Shown piece by piece: positions 11,146-20,882 of a stretch of 64,000 bases of DNA. The stretch lies in the NCBI GenBank assembly GCA_030867685.1, contig JAQOWU010000007.1:992001-1056000 (forward strand). Direction: 5' to 3'. Each line of letters begins with the position of its first letter. Positions within the stretch are counted from its first letter, which is position 1. The position numbers were made by a program, and so were the translations under genes. The notes under the pieces were generated by a model. That model saw nothing but the letters and a program-made list of their open reading frames with translations. It had not been told where the DNA came from and made no database searches. The stretch is from Wickerhamiella versatilis. Taxonomy: Eukaryota.

Positions 11146-12390
11146 TCAGACGCGAACTACAGACTGGGACCCAAAATGGATTGCTAGATTTCCGAGGTTG
11201 AGTTGTTGCATAACTGTTGCCGGAATTCCGATGTCTACTATGAACCGCTGACCCTGACCAATTGAGGCTGGCAATGGCAGTCCACAGCTCACCAGAGAGC
11301 TCACCATCAGTCCCGGACTTACCGCGTCCACGGAAAGACGCAGGGCATTTGGCTGAGAATTAGCCCAGCTAACTAGCCAAGCAGCCACCTGCAAATCCGT
11401 TGGCGTTGGTTGAGCATTATCGAACCCCTGGAGGGCGTCGATGATTATAGAGGGCGGGGTCTGCTGGGACCTGACCTTCAGTTCTTGTTGCGTTTTGATG
11501 AGATGGCCACCGGCCGCCTCAAATGCTGCTATGTAGCCATCCAGTGGAACAGATAAATTATATGGGACCACTGCGGTCACGGTAGCCCCTTTTGCCGCCA
11601 GGAGACGACCAGCGACCAGTGCTCTTATTCCTGACCGATGATTTCCTGCCAGAATGAAGACTGAAACGGAAATGGGATATCCAATTGCAGCGAGTATTAC
11701 ATCCAGGATCCCACGACCAGCCAACTCAGCGAGTGCTTGTGGTTGCCAACCCTTCCCTAGCATGTAGCCCTCAATTTCAGCCAGCTGTAGAGGCGTGGCG
11801 AGCTGAAGCATAGGTTGTTGTTGACTAGCCTGGGTAGGCTGCGGTGCCGGCATACTCGTCGGCGGGGGCACTGGTGGCAAGGCTATGTCTTGTGTCGGTA
11901 TCCGCCCTGGTACCGGTGCCGGGGGCACTGACGGTGTGGGAGTTGGTGCCTGTGTGACCATTTCGTTGGGGGCATAGTTCCTTTTAATAGAGGCTGGTGG
12001 CCTTTCTGAGGCTATTCTAGCAAATTCAGCCTTTTTGTCAAAACGCTTGTTTGACGCATCAAAATCGAATTCCTCGGTGGAGCCATCCCACCCTTGATCT
12101 TGCTGAAAGCTTTTTTGTGAGCTTTTTTGCGAGTGCTTTTGTGGTTGTGGCTTCTTCTTTTTCTTCTTGGCATTGGGAGCCTTCCCTGACTGCTGGGGTA
12201 GGGATTCTGGCTTCTCAGGCGGGTTAGCGACAGGTAAAACGTCTAAATCACTGATGTCAGACCCTTTTAAAGTCACGACTCCTTCCCGAGTACCTATCTT
12301 CAGAGATCCATCCTCAACTGCCTGAACATAACCCCTAAGCAGCTGACCGTCTGTCACTTCGACCTTAACCTCGCGGCCTGTGAAGTCCAT
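11146..12390 (-). CDS. EDC3: Enhancer of mRNA decapping Edc3
   Basis: N-terminal LSm fold, EEFDFDASNKRFDKKAEF (FDF motif), YjeF_N-like domain (ILAGNH..G, IIDAL, VDIGIP). Confidence 0.88.
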   Translation of the reverse strand: MDFTGREVKVEVTDGQLLRGYVQAVEDGSLKIGTREGVVTLKGSDISDLDVLPVANPPEKPESLPQQSGKAPNAKKKKKKPQPQKHSQKSSQKSFQQDQGWDGSTEEFDFDASNKRFDKKAEFARIASERPPASIKRNYAPNEMVTQAPTPTPSVPPAPVPGRIPTQDIALPPVPPPTSMPAPQPTQASQQQPMLQLATPLQLAEIEGYMLGKGWQPQALAELAGRGILDVILAAIGYPISVSVFILAGNHRSGIRALVAGRLLAAKGATVTAVVPYNLSVPLDGYIAAFEAAGGHLIKTQQELKVRSQQTPPSIIIDALQGFDNAQPTPTDLQVAAWLVSWANSQPNALRLSVDAVSPGLMVSSLVSCGLPLPASIGQGQRFIVDIGIPATVMQQLNLGNLAIHFGSQSVVRV

Positions 12391-12598
12391 AACGGTATGA
12401 CTAAGTGTCCTCGAGTCTAGTGAAATAATATCTTATCAATAAAGAAAGTACTCCAATCAAGATTACCTACTAATAACAATTATAGGGCGAAAAGAGCCCA
12501 ATGAGCCTCATTCACATTAACAGAGGTTAAAAATATGTGCATCGAAGGAACGCTTTAACATGCTTCGCTCGTATAGTCCAATAAATAATCATAACACA

Positions 12599-13345
12599 TC
12601 ATGCCGGCACAACGTTATTCTGGGGGCAGCATGAGTCAATGAAATAAACAGGCGCATTTTCTGCAGACTGCAACTTCTGAAAATCACCAGTGGCAACCGC
12701 TATTATGTGCTCGTACGAGCGCCAAGCCTCCCATTGCGTTTCAGTCACGTGTAACGAAAAGTTTATGCCTCTCAAAAATTCCCGCTCCATTATCGGGAGA
12801 TCGCTCTTAGGCAAGCCAGTGAAGCGGGACCAGGTGGAGGTCGAAAAAGACACGTCATCCATGAACTTGTTAGCCAGCATTAATGCAACCACGAAAAGGC
12901 GATACTCGGAGTGGGCCTTCCCCACCACGGGACTAGCGGCTCTCCGGCGGAACCGCCACATATATAGCCCAGCTATACTCAGTGTCTCACTAGAAAGACC
13001 CGTTAGGCGGATAAGCCGTGCTGCAAAGTGCAAGAATTCTTTTCTCGGAACCGTCAGTTCCGATAGCCGAGTCACGTGCTCCGTTGCACTGACAGGCTGC
13101 CCATTGCAGTGTGCTTTAACGAGGTCCACGACCAAATACGCCACCTCAGAATAAGGATTAAACCATAGAAGACACACCAAGGCACAAATATCCTTAACAC
13201 ATCTTGGTATCTGCAGGCTGGTTCGTGCCCCCAGCTGCGGTTCCTCTCTCATGGCGATTCCTGCACGGAGGCGATGGTCTTCGTGCTTTGTATATGGAAG
13301 GGTTCCCCTGGAGATACCCAGCGATTCCCGCCTTATCGCTGGCAT
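12599..13345 (-). CDS. Pho85-type cyclin (Clg1/Pcl-like)
   Basis: Cyclin box ALMLANKFMDD.SF....WS.FTGL....L..MEREFL; CLLWF motif typical of the Clg1-like group. Confidence 0.8.
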   Translation of the reverse strand: MPAIRRESLGISRGTLPYTKHEDHRLRAGIAMREEPQLGARTSLQIPRCVKDICALVCLLWFNPYSEVAYLVVDLVKAHCNGQPVSATEHVTRLSELTVPRKEFLHFAARLIRLTGLSSETLSIAGLYMWRFRRRAASPVVGKAHSEYRLFVVALMLANKFMDDVSFSTSTWSRFTGLPKSDLPIMEREFLRGINFSLHVTETQWEAWRSYEHIIAVATGDFQKLQSAENAPVYFIDSCCPQNNVVPA

Positions 13346-13409
13346 TTCTCAAGATAAGCTGAGAATCTCTGGTTAATTTTGTGGGTGAAATTATGGCTTT
13401 ATTTGCGTC

Positions 13410-14540
13410 GGCGGAGATTGGACTCTCCTAACCCTAGGCTCCCTTGCCAAGGCCGCATTTAAGGTCTAGGGCTACTGCGGAATCCAAGCCCACCACCACT
13501 TCCAGAAATTCGCCAAATTGAGACAGTTTTTTAACTTAACTAATTATTTTTTTATACTAAAAAAGGTGAATTATTGTTGTTCTCAAAAGTAAGTTTAATG
13601 CCCAGGTACCTACCTAACTATAGCTTATGCAACATCTTTCCGACTGCATATCGTCTTTGATTTGTCATGTTGTGTGTGAGCCATCGCAGTTTTCCTAAGA
13701 AAGATGAATGTTGCCTTTCAGGAGTGGCGAAAAAAATTACTTTAAATCAATAACTACTTATTATAGGCAATATTTGTGATAAGTTCCGCCGCTAATATAT
13801 TATCTAGGTGCCAGTTGCCCAAAGCTAAGCTAGCAACACGAAAAGGTTTCAGTGAGAAAGTGCGGCAATAAACCGTCTGGTGTCCAGGGGAATCACTAAG
13901 CAGTGCATATGCGCGATCTGCCACGTACCAGCGTTCCACAGAGCTAAAGTAAAAAAAAATTAAATTAACGAAACCTATAGAACTCAATGAGCTTAAAGCT
14001 TTTTACATGCTGTGGTAGCCAAACCCCCCAAAATGTTTCATTTGTATGCAATGATCGTATATGGTTGTAATGTGCAGAGGCTGTGTAACACCGCAATCTA
14101 TTGTTAATGATCGACTGGTTAATAGAGAAAATTGGTCGTATTCCCCCTACCCGTTTAGCGAGATCCGTACTCGTTTAAGACAGTGGATAAGTATGTAGGA
14201 GACACCGGTACCCGAGGAACCCTATGCATCTGGTCCGTGTAAGCACGGGGCCTGCCTGAAATTCTCGAATCAGTTGTGGATGTTCCTGCTGTCGTGGGTA
14301 GCTGGGGCCCGGACCCTACGGGCTTTCGCCGTACTACCAATATAGGCTCCCTTATATCGGAGCTGAAATCTTCTTTGAAAATTCCGACCATATGAGATTT
14401 GTCTGGGCCGTGTATCGCTTATATTTGTAACGGAAATTTAAGGCCTGATATCGCAGTCCCAGAAAAGAACAATGTGTGCGCCACGCTTATTCGAGTTCCA
14501 GCAACACTGCAAGTTTTACGTCATAATTATTTTGGTCACG
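13410..14540. ncRNA. Putative long structured ncRNA (telomerase RNA candidate)
   Basis: No convincing ORF, multiple nested inverted repeats, CCTAACCCTA motif and an Sm-like ATTTTGG (see findings). Speculative. Confidence 0.25.
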
Positions 14541-14620
14541 ACCGTGCCTCTCTCACATAAGCGCCGTATATTATGTTCCATTAATAGTGTAATCAATTAA
14601 TATGGCTGTAATCGATCTGA

Positions 14621-14730
14621 TGACGTCAAGCCAGCCTCCTGTCATGTACATGTCTAAGCACGGTGGAGGGAAGCCTTTCGTGGGAAAAGGGGAGGGACAT
14701 GATCTACCAGGGGCGTCATAAAAATATAAG
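14621..14730 (+). promoter_or_regulatory. PFK26 promoter elements: CRE, STRE-like sites and a TATA-like element
   Basis: TGACGTCA at 14621-14628, two AGGGG at about 14687 and 14709, ATATAAG at about 14724. Confidence 0.4.
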
Positions 14731-15006
14731 GCGGTTAAGCAGCCAACCAGCAAGCATGCAATCAATTGGCAATCAACCAATTGCACTGGAGAAGCAAGAC
14801 CCGAAAGCGCCCGGTGAACTTTAGACGTATAAATATAATAGACCTGTCAATTACTGGGATACTTTTCCCCATTTATGATAATTTCACTTTTGCCACAAAA
14901 CACCGTATTTCTGGGTTCCATAGTAGCCAGCCTATGACAAGCTACCGCTGACAGAAGAAGAAATCTCTAATCGACAGGCACAGTGTGCTGATTGCGTAAT
15001 CACAGC

Positions 15007-16935
15007 ATGAGTCTGTCAAGAGATTCTGAGGAGGCATCTCTGGTGCGGGAGATGAATGCAGGTAGCAGGGTTAATCCTGCGCTTGCAAGAAGATACTCTC
15101 TCAGCAATAGCACCTCTGATCCTCCGGCAGAAACGCCTCCGCCGGAAGGGGCGGAGACGCCGAAAAGCGATGCAATTAGCCGCAATTCATCCACAGAAAA
15201 CTTCACCCGGAATCGTGCGGCAACTCTGGATGTTCCTGGACTGACCAGATCGAAGGTCAGTCCGGACGGGCGGATTGCTAAACAGGATGTGGCCTCGAAA
15301 CTTGTTATTGTTATGGTGGGCCTTCCGGCGCGTGGTAAGTCGTATGTCACCAAAAAGCTCACAAGATTTTTCAACTGGCAGCAGCATAACTGCAAGATTT
15401 TCAACGTGGGAAATACCCGTAGACGGCAGAACGCAGAGTTTGGCCCTTCAAAAGGACCTCTGCCTGACATGAATGAGGATGTTCCCGGTAACGAAACGTC
15501 GCACACTGGCGACTTTTTCTCCCCTACCAATCCTAATTCAGTTTCCAAGCGTGAAAAATGGGCACTTGAAACTTTGGATGAGCTCCTCGACTACGTGCTA
15601 GATGGGGAGGGTTCAGTGGGAATACTGGATGCTACAAATACCACAGTTGAGCGCAGGCGCCGCATTCTGAAGATAGTAAAAGAGCGCTCTAATGGTCAGT
15701 TGAAGGTGCTGTTCTTAGAGAGTATCTGTACCCGTCGTGATTTGATCGAGGCAAACGTTTATCTCAAACTTTCGGGCCCAGATTACCAGAACATGGATAA
15801 AGAGAAGGCTCTCAAGGACTTTTTACTGCGACTGAAAAATTATGAAAAGGCTTATGAGACCATTGGTCCTGAAGAGGAGGATGATCCTCGATTCCAATAT
15901 ATCAAAATGATAAATGTAGGACAGAAAGTGGAGTGTGGAAATATAAGCGGGTTTTTGGCGGGCCAGACTGTTTTTTTTCTGCTCAATTTCAATCTTCGTG
16001 AGCGCCAGATTTGGATCACGCGCCACGGAGAATCCACGGACAACGCGGGCGGTCGGATTGGTGGGGATGCTGGTCTCACCCCACGTGGCATAAAGTACGC
16101 CAAGGCCCTCGCCAGATTTATGAAGCACAGTAAAGATCAATTCCTCAGGCGCCAGCTGGCGGCGTATGCGAAGAATGCCCAGCACATTTTAGAAAAAAGA
16201 AGTAGTCAACCGCCCACCCCCGTGCAAGAACCTGAGCCTCAGAATTTCTGTGTATGGTCATCGATGCTGCAAAGGGCAACAGAGACTGCAGCTTATTTTG
16301 ATGAGCAGGAATTCGATACTAAGGAAATGCGTATGCTTAACGAACTAGATGCGGGCATCTGTGACGGCATGACCTACGAGGAAATCAAACAGGAGTATCC
16401 GAGGGAGTACGCTTCGCGATTGAAAGATAAAATCCGCTACCGATACCCTGGTGTTGGTGGCGAGTCTTATCTCGACGTGATCAATCGCCTAAGACCGGTA
16501 ATATGTGAGTTAGAGCGCATGGAGGAGAATTGTCTGGTTATAACTCACCGAGTCGTAGCGCGTGTCCTTCTGGCATATTTCATGAACCTTGGTAGAGATG
16601 CAATAGGCGAACTGGAAGTGCCACTTCATACCGTTTATGTCGTTGAACCTCGACCCTATGGTGTCTCTTGGGCGATATACAAGTACAACGAGCGCCTAGA
16701 TTGGTTTTACAAAGTCCCCCAGAGCTCTTCCGTCATCTCAGCTCAGCTCAAGGATAAGATGCGGCGATTCACAGTCGTAGCAACCGCAGGTTTACCCTTG
16801 GGAGACCAGAGTCTCCACCAGCCTCCTCCCGAAGCGGTGGTTGAGGACGAAGAGGACGGGGACGAGGTAGGAGAGCTGACCCTTGAGGAAGTTGTGAGAA
16901 GAAGGCTTACCTTGCAGGGGTCTGAAGGAAAATAG
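15007..16935 (+). CDS. PFK26: 6-phosphofructo-2-kinase/fructose-2,6-bisphosphatase
   Basis: TLDVPGLTRSKVSPDG, MVGLPARGKS P-loop, DATNTT, RHGES histidine-phosphatase motif. First ATG at 15007. Confidence 0.93.
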   Translation: MSLSRDSEEASLVREMNAGSRVNPALARRYSLSNSTSDPPAETPPPEGAETPKSDAISRNSSTENFTRNRAATLDVPGLTRSKVSPDGRIAKQDVASKLVIVMVGLPARGKSYVTKKLTRFFNWQQHNCKIFNVGNTRRRQNAEFGPSKGPLPDMNEDVPGNETSHTGDFFSPTNPNSVSKREKWALETLDELLDYVLDGEGSVGILDATNTTVERRRRILKIVKERSNGQLKVLFLESICTRRDLIEANVYLKLSGPDYQNMDKEKALKDFLLRLKNYEKAYETIGPEEEDDPRFQYIKMINVGQKVECGNISGFLAGQTVFFLLNFNLRERQIWITRHGESTDNAGGRIGGDAGLTPRGIKYAKALARFMKHSKDQFLRRQLAAYAKNAQHILEKRSSQPPTPVQEPEPQNFCVWSSMLQRATETAAYFDEQEFDTKEMRMLNELDAGICDGMTYEEIKQEYPREYASRLKDKIRYRYPGVGGESYLDVINRLRPVICELERMEENCLVITHRVVARVLLAYFMNLGRDAIGELEVPLHTVYVVEPRPYGVSWAIYKYNERLDWFYKVPQSSSVISAQLKDKMRRFTVVATAGLPLGDQSLHQPPPEAVVEDEEDGDEVGELTLEEVVRRRLTLQGSEGK

Positions 16936-17122
16936 GTCGTGTACTTGATTCTTGGAATTAGTTAAAGTGGAAAGACAAGAAAAAAAAGAATACAAACAAC
17001 ATATATTTCTTATACACCTATAGGCCTGTCACCTGTGTAGAATAATTGGTCACCTTTTTTTAATGTCGCTTAATTTCCATTGAATCTGATAAAGGTCCCT
17101 CGACGGATATTTCATTGCTTAC

Positions 17123-18013
17123 ATGTTCAGGCCCCTTGGACTCGGCCGTGTATGTCAAGCACGCTTCATTAGACAACCCCTGTTGCGAAGATGCTACATC
17201 CGTGGAGATTGGAATGCACAAAAGGCGCGTGCAAAGGAGCCAGGTAAGCGAAGTAATGTCGTTCTTGCCTTGCTCGTGCTCATGCCTATTATAAGTTTTG
17301 GCTTGGGAACTTGGCAGGTAAGACGTCTCGAGTGGAAGCAGAACCTTATCGCAACTGCAGAATCGCACCTACTTTTACCCCCCCTCGAACTCCCTCCTAA
17401 ACTCAATCCTGATGTCGTGAGTGAATTTAACTATCGCCGAGTGAGAACCACTGGTGAATTTGACCATTCACAGGAGATGCTTGTTGGTCCGCGCGTTTTC
17501 GAAGAGAGCCAAGGTTACTACGTAGTTACTCCTCTCAAAAGAAAGAATGCATCTACGCTGTTGATTCACCGAGGGTGGATAGAGCGTAGTAAAGCATCCC
17601 AGAGGACCCGACCTCGCTCTCTTGTTAAGGGACCAGTCACTGTGGATTGCTTGCTCAGGGATAAGCCTGAGAAGAATATGTTCACCAGCGAGTCTCATCC
17701 TGAACGGCGCGAGTATTATTTCATGGATATAGACGAAATGGCGAGGCGAACTGGAGCTCAGCCCATATACTGTCAAGAGCTTTATGATCCAGATGGACCC
17801 CTTCTTCCCGAGCAAATGGCTATGTACGGCATTCCCATCGGTGCTCCAGCTAAGGCTGAATTCCGTAATACACACTTCCAGTACATCTTAACTTGGTACG
17901 GCTTGTGTGTAGCCACCACAATCATGCTTTTTGGCGTTTTGAAACAGAGGCGTGCACCATCCATTAACAGTAATATCCAGAGAAAGATTGCCCATGCTAA
18001 TAAATGGCAATAG
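17123..18013 (+). CDS. SHY1: SURF1/Shy1 cytochrome c oxidase assembly factor
   Basis: FGLGTWQVRRLEWK, RGWI, NTHFQYILTWYGL; mitochondrial-type presequence. Confidence 0.95.
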   Translation: MFRPLGLGRVCQARFIRQPLLRRCYIRGDWNAQKARAKEPGKRSNVVLALLVLMPIISFGLGTWQVRRLEWKQNLIATAESHLLLPPLELPPKLNPDVVSEFNYRRVRTTGEFDHSQEMLVGPRVFEESQGYYVVTPLKRKNASTLLIHRGWIERSKASQRTRPRSLVKGPVTVDCLLRDKPEKNMFTSESHPERREYYFMDIDEMARRTGAQPIYCQELYDPDGPLLPEQMAMYGIPIGAPAKAEFRNTHFQYILTWYGLCVATTIMLFGVLKQRRAPSINSNIQRKIAHANKWQ

Positions 18014-18139
18014 TAGTTTATGTGTACATAATATTATTAAAGACTGCTCCTGTATTATCTGTGGCAAGGGTTGGGGTGTTGAGTGGGACCTTGGCGCATA
18101 TCTGGAAGAAAAAAAAACTTGTTCATCAAAAAACAGGTT

Positions 18140-18328
18140 ATGTTGCTTAGAACGAGAGTGTCAAGTCCAAGACGCTATAAGACCCTTCAGCAAGCAGGAA
18201 AGTTCAAAATAGGATTGCCAATTTGGAAGTCACCTGGTCCCGAGGACATTCCTGAGGGATGTGAGTTGATAATCCACGATGACGAAAACAAAAAAGAGGA
18301 TCTTAAGGAGTTAAGACCTGCGCGCTAA
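18140..18328 (+). CDS. Small hypothetical protein (62 aa)
   Basis: ATG-initiated ORF filling the gap between SHY1 and the metalloprotease; protein-like composition; no family recognised. Confidence 0.35.
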   Translation: MLLRTRVSSPRRYKTLQQAGKFKIGLPIWKSPGPEDIPEGCELIIHDDENKKEDLKELRPAR

Positions 18329-18389
18329 TTAATTTACACGAAAAGGAAACCTAACTATATAATAGGGATAAATAAACTATGCATGCTAT

Positions 18390-20801
18390 TCAGCTTTCAT
18401 AAAGTAGGGCCAACCCGTTGGTCCACTGCCAATACCATCCATGTAAACCAGCAAAGCGATGGCCTCGTGGTGGAATCAAGTCCACAGGACCACCACCGCT
18501 TCCTCCCCAAAGAGGTGAACGCTTATTTTTTGTGATAACACCACCGGCATCTACCCAGGCCCCTGAGCGTACTGCTAAACCAACGAACTCATCACCGGGC
18601 TCAATTGGTACATCATACGGCGATCCTCCGCGCTTTCCAAAGAGCACAGATTGTCCCGACTTCAGCAAAAACTCGAAGCCATCCAGGCCCTGACCTGCAT
18701 GAACCCGCACACATACCACTGGGTCACCAGGAGGAATAACGGCTTCCACCTCATTACCGTTCTTTTGACCGACCACAGAGGACATACATAACCCATTCTT
18801 CGCCCCGTCGCGCAAAAACTCGTCCAAGTTGTCAATGTTGAGCTGCCCCATTGGTGGTGAGTGGATGTGGAGCTCTACACTTTTCCCCTTAAATTCATTA
18901 CTTAGGGCATTCTGAATATCCTGACAGGATAATTGAACTTCCTGGACCATGGGTTCATACTCAAAGTGAGCTCGAGAGTTCCCATCTACGTGGATGTCAA
19001 TCATATATATACCAAATTCCGCGTGTGCTGCGATGCCACCCGCAAGAGGATAGGCCATTGGCTTCTTCTCAGGTAGTTCTGGCTCTCCTGGTAGTCTGAA
19101 CGATGGATGATGGAGAAATCGCATGATATCCAATCTATTCCAGTAGTCTTCTGTGTCGGGCGTAGCACACCGGCATGCTACCTTGTTTTCTCGCTGGCTC
19201 CAGCCTTCGAGTGCCATAAAGCTGCGATTCCAGTTGAGATACCCTCGCAACATCACACCATCAGGCTCATGGGGACAACCGAGCAAATGGCCCACTTCAT
19301 GCTGAAATGCCCCCATGCCAACATTAAGAGCCTCCCAGTGAGTTCCGCTTTGGCCCGCATCGTTAGCAACATATCTTGTATCAGTTCTCGTGCTGTCCAG
19401 GAAACTCCGAGGTAAATCCTCAATGCAAGTAGGCCACGCATGCAATGTATGAGATCCAAAAATGGCAAGCTTAAACTGGTTGAATCCTCCGCCTAGCGCA
19501 GCATGGCCCAAAACCAAATTTCCATCCCAGTGAGTGTCCAAGAAAATACATGCAGCTTGCACAAAGTCACCGTCACCTTTAAATGGACCGCCATACTGAA
19601 GTAAAGCTTCATGAGCCATACCAAACAGGTCACCTTGACGTTTGCCGTTTGAATTTTGCTGAGCAACGTCTGGATCCCTTATTTCGGCCAGTGTTTTATT
19701 CATGCGCACGACATGTACGTGGGTTGTAGACCTGCTGACTTGTTCACGGTTTGAGACCGTATCGAATTCATTCTCTTCGTAGGGGCGGAAAGTTCTGAGT
19801 CCAAAACCGTTTCGATTCATTTGTTCCTGGCAGAACGCGCCCATCATGTATGAGGCCATCCGCATCTTTTTCACGGCAGTTCCTAATCCGTTTCCTTCGA
19901 ACTTAATCTTCTCTGGTGGACTATCGAACGTTTCCGGACTATCCTTGGCCACCATCAGACAAAAATGAACAGGTGGGTCTTCCTTTACAGGAAGATATCG
20001 AATTGTCAAGTCTTGCTTCAGAGGTGCTGCATTTGGCATGTCAGTTTCAAAGGTAAACTGATTAGGGCCCTCTTCCAAAAACAGAAGTGCCTTGAACCAG
20101 CCTTCAACTAGTGGAAAACGCTGCGCAGGGAACCTATGGGATTTTGCCCAGACAATCACTGAGCCCATACCAGGACCAGTATCAGCTTTTCCATGCACGA
20201 TAACTGAGCGTCCAGTAACAGCTGCACCATCCCAAATATTCGGAAAAGTAATCCCTGGCATTACCTGTTAGTCCTTGTCAGGCTTTGAATAACTTATGTT
20301 ATAAGTTTAGCTGTACACGAGGGTTAGGAACTTAAGACTTGCCGTATATTCTCAGCGGGCGTAAACGCAATTTCAGAATATTAGCTATGTTTTCTACTTT
20401 TATATCTGGTATTAAATTATCGAGTATTTATTACGGATCAGCTACGCCAAGCCAGAATACCAGTTCTTTTCACGACGTACTTAGGCGTGGTAAATTTCAT
20501 ATCTTGCTTTCTTGAATCTAATATCAGCCATAGAACCAAACTAGAGGGGTTCTGCATCAATGTGGGATATTGAATAGTAAATAGTGCGTTTGGGACGCGT
20601 TTGACCCCGAAATTAGGCAGGATCCACTCATTCAGTAACGGTAGGATGTAGTGTGTAACTAGGATTAAGTACCTATCCAGCATTCGTCACGGATATGACA
20701 AGATAGCCCAGAAATGCCAAACAAAAATTAAATCAATTATACCGTGTAGCACACTTGGGCCACCGTTGATAGAAAACAGGCTACGACTAACTTACTTGCA
20801 T
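18390..20801 (-). CDS. Putative zinc metallopeptidase with C-terminal jacalin-like lectin domain (YIL108W-like); probable exons 20801-20796 and 20264-18390
   Basis: HEVGHLLGCPH zincin motif, GHAALGGG, jacalin-like VRSGAWVD and FGKRGG. ATGCAA|GTAAGT...GACTAACAG|GTAATG splices in frame. Confidence 0.85.
20265..20795 (-). other. Predicted 531-nt spliceosomal intron
   Basis: Donor GTAAGT (20795-20790); branch plus acceptor GACTAACAG (20273-20265). Confidence 0.6.
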
Positions 20802-20882
20802 GATAACCATCAAGTCCCAAAAGAATACTGAAGTTTTCACAGAGCTAAAGAAACACTTTTTAAGAGCTAAAAAATATAAGTT

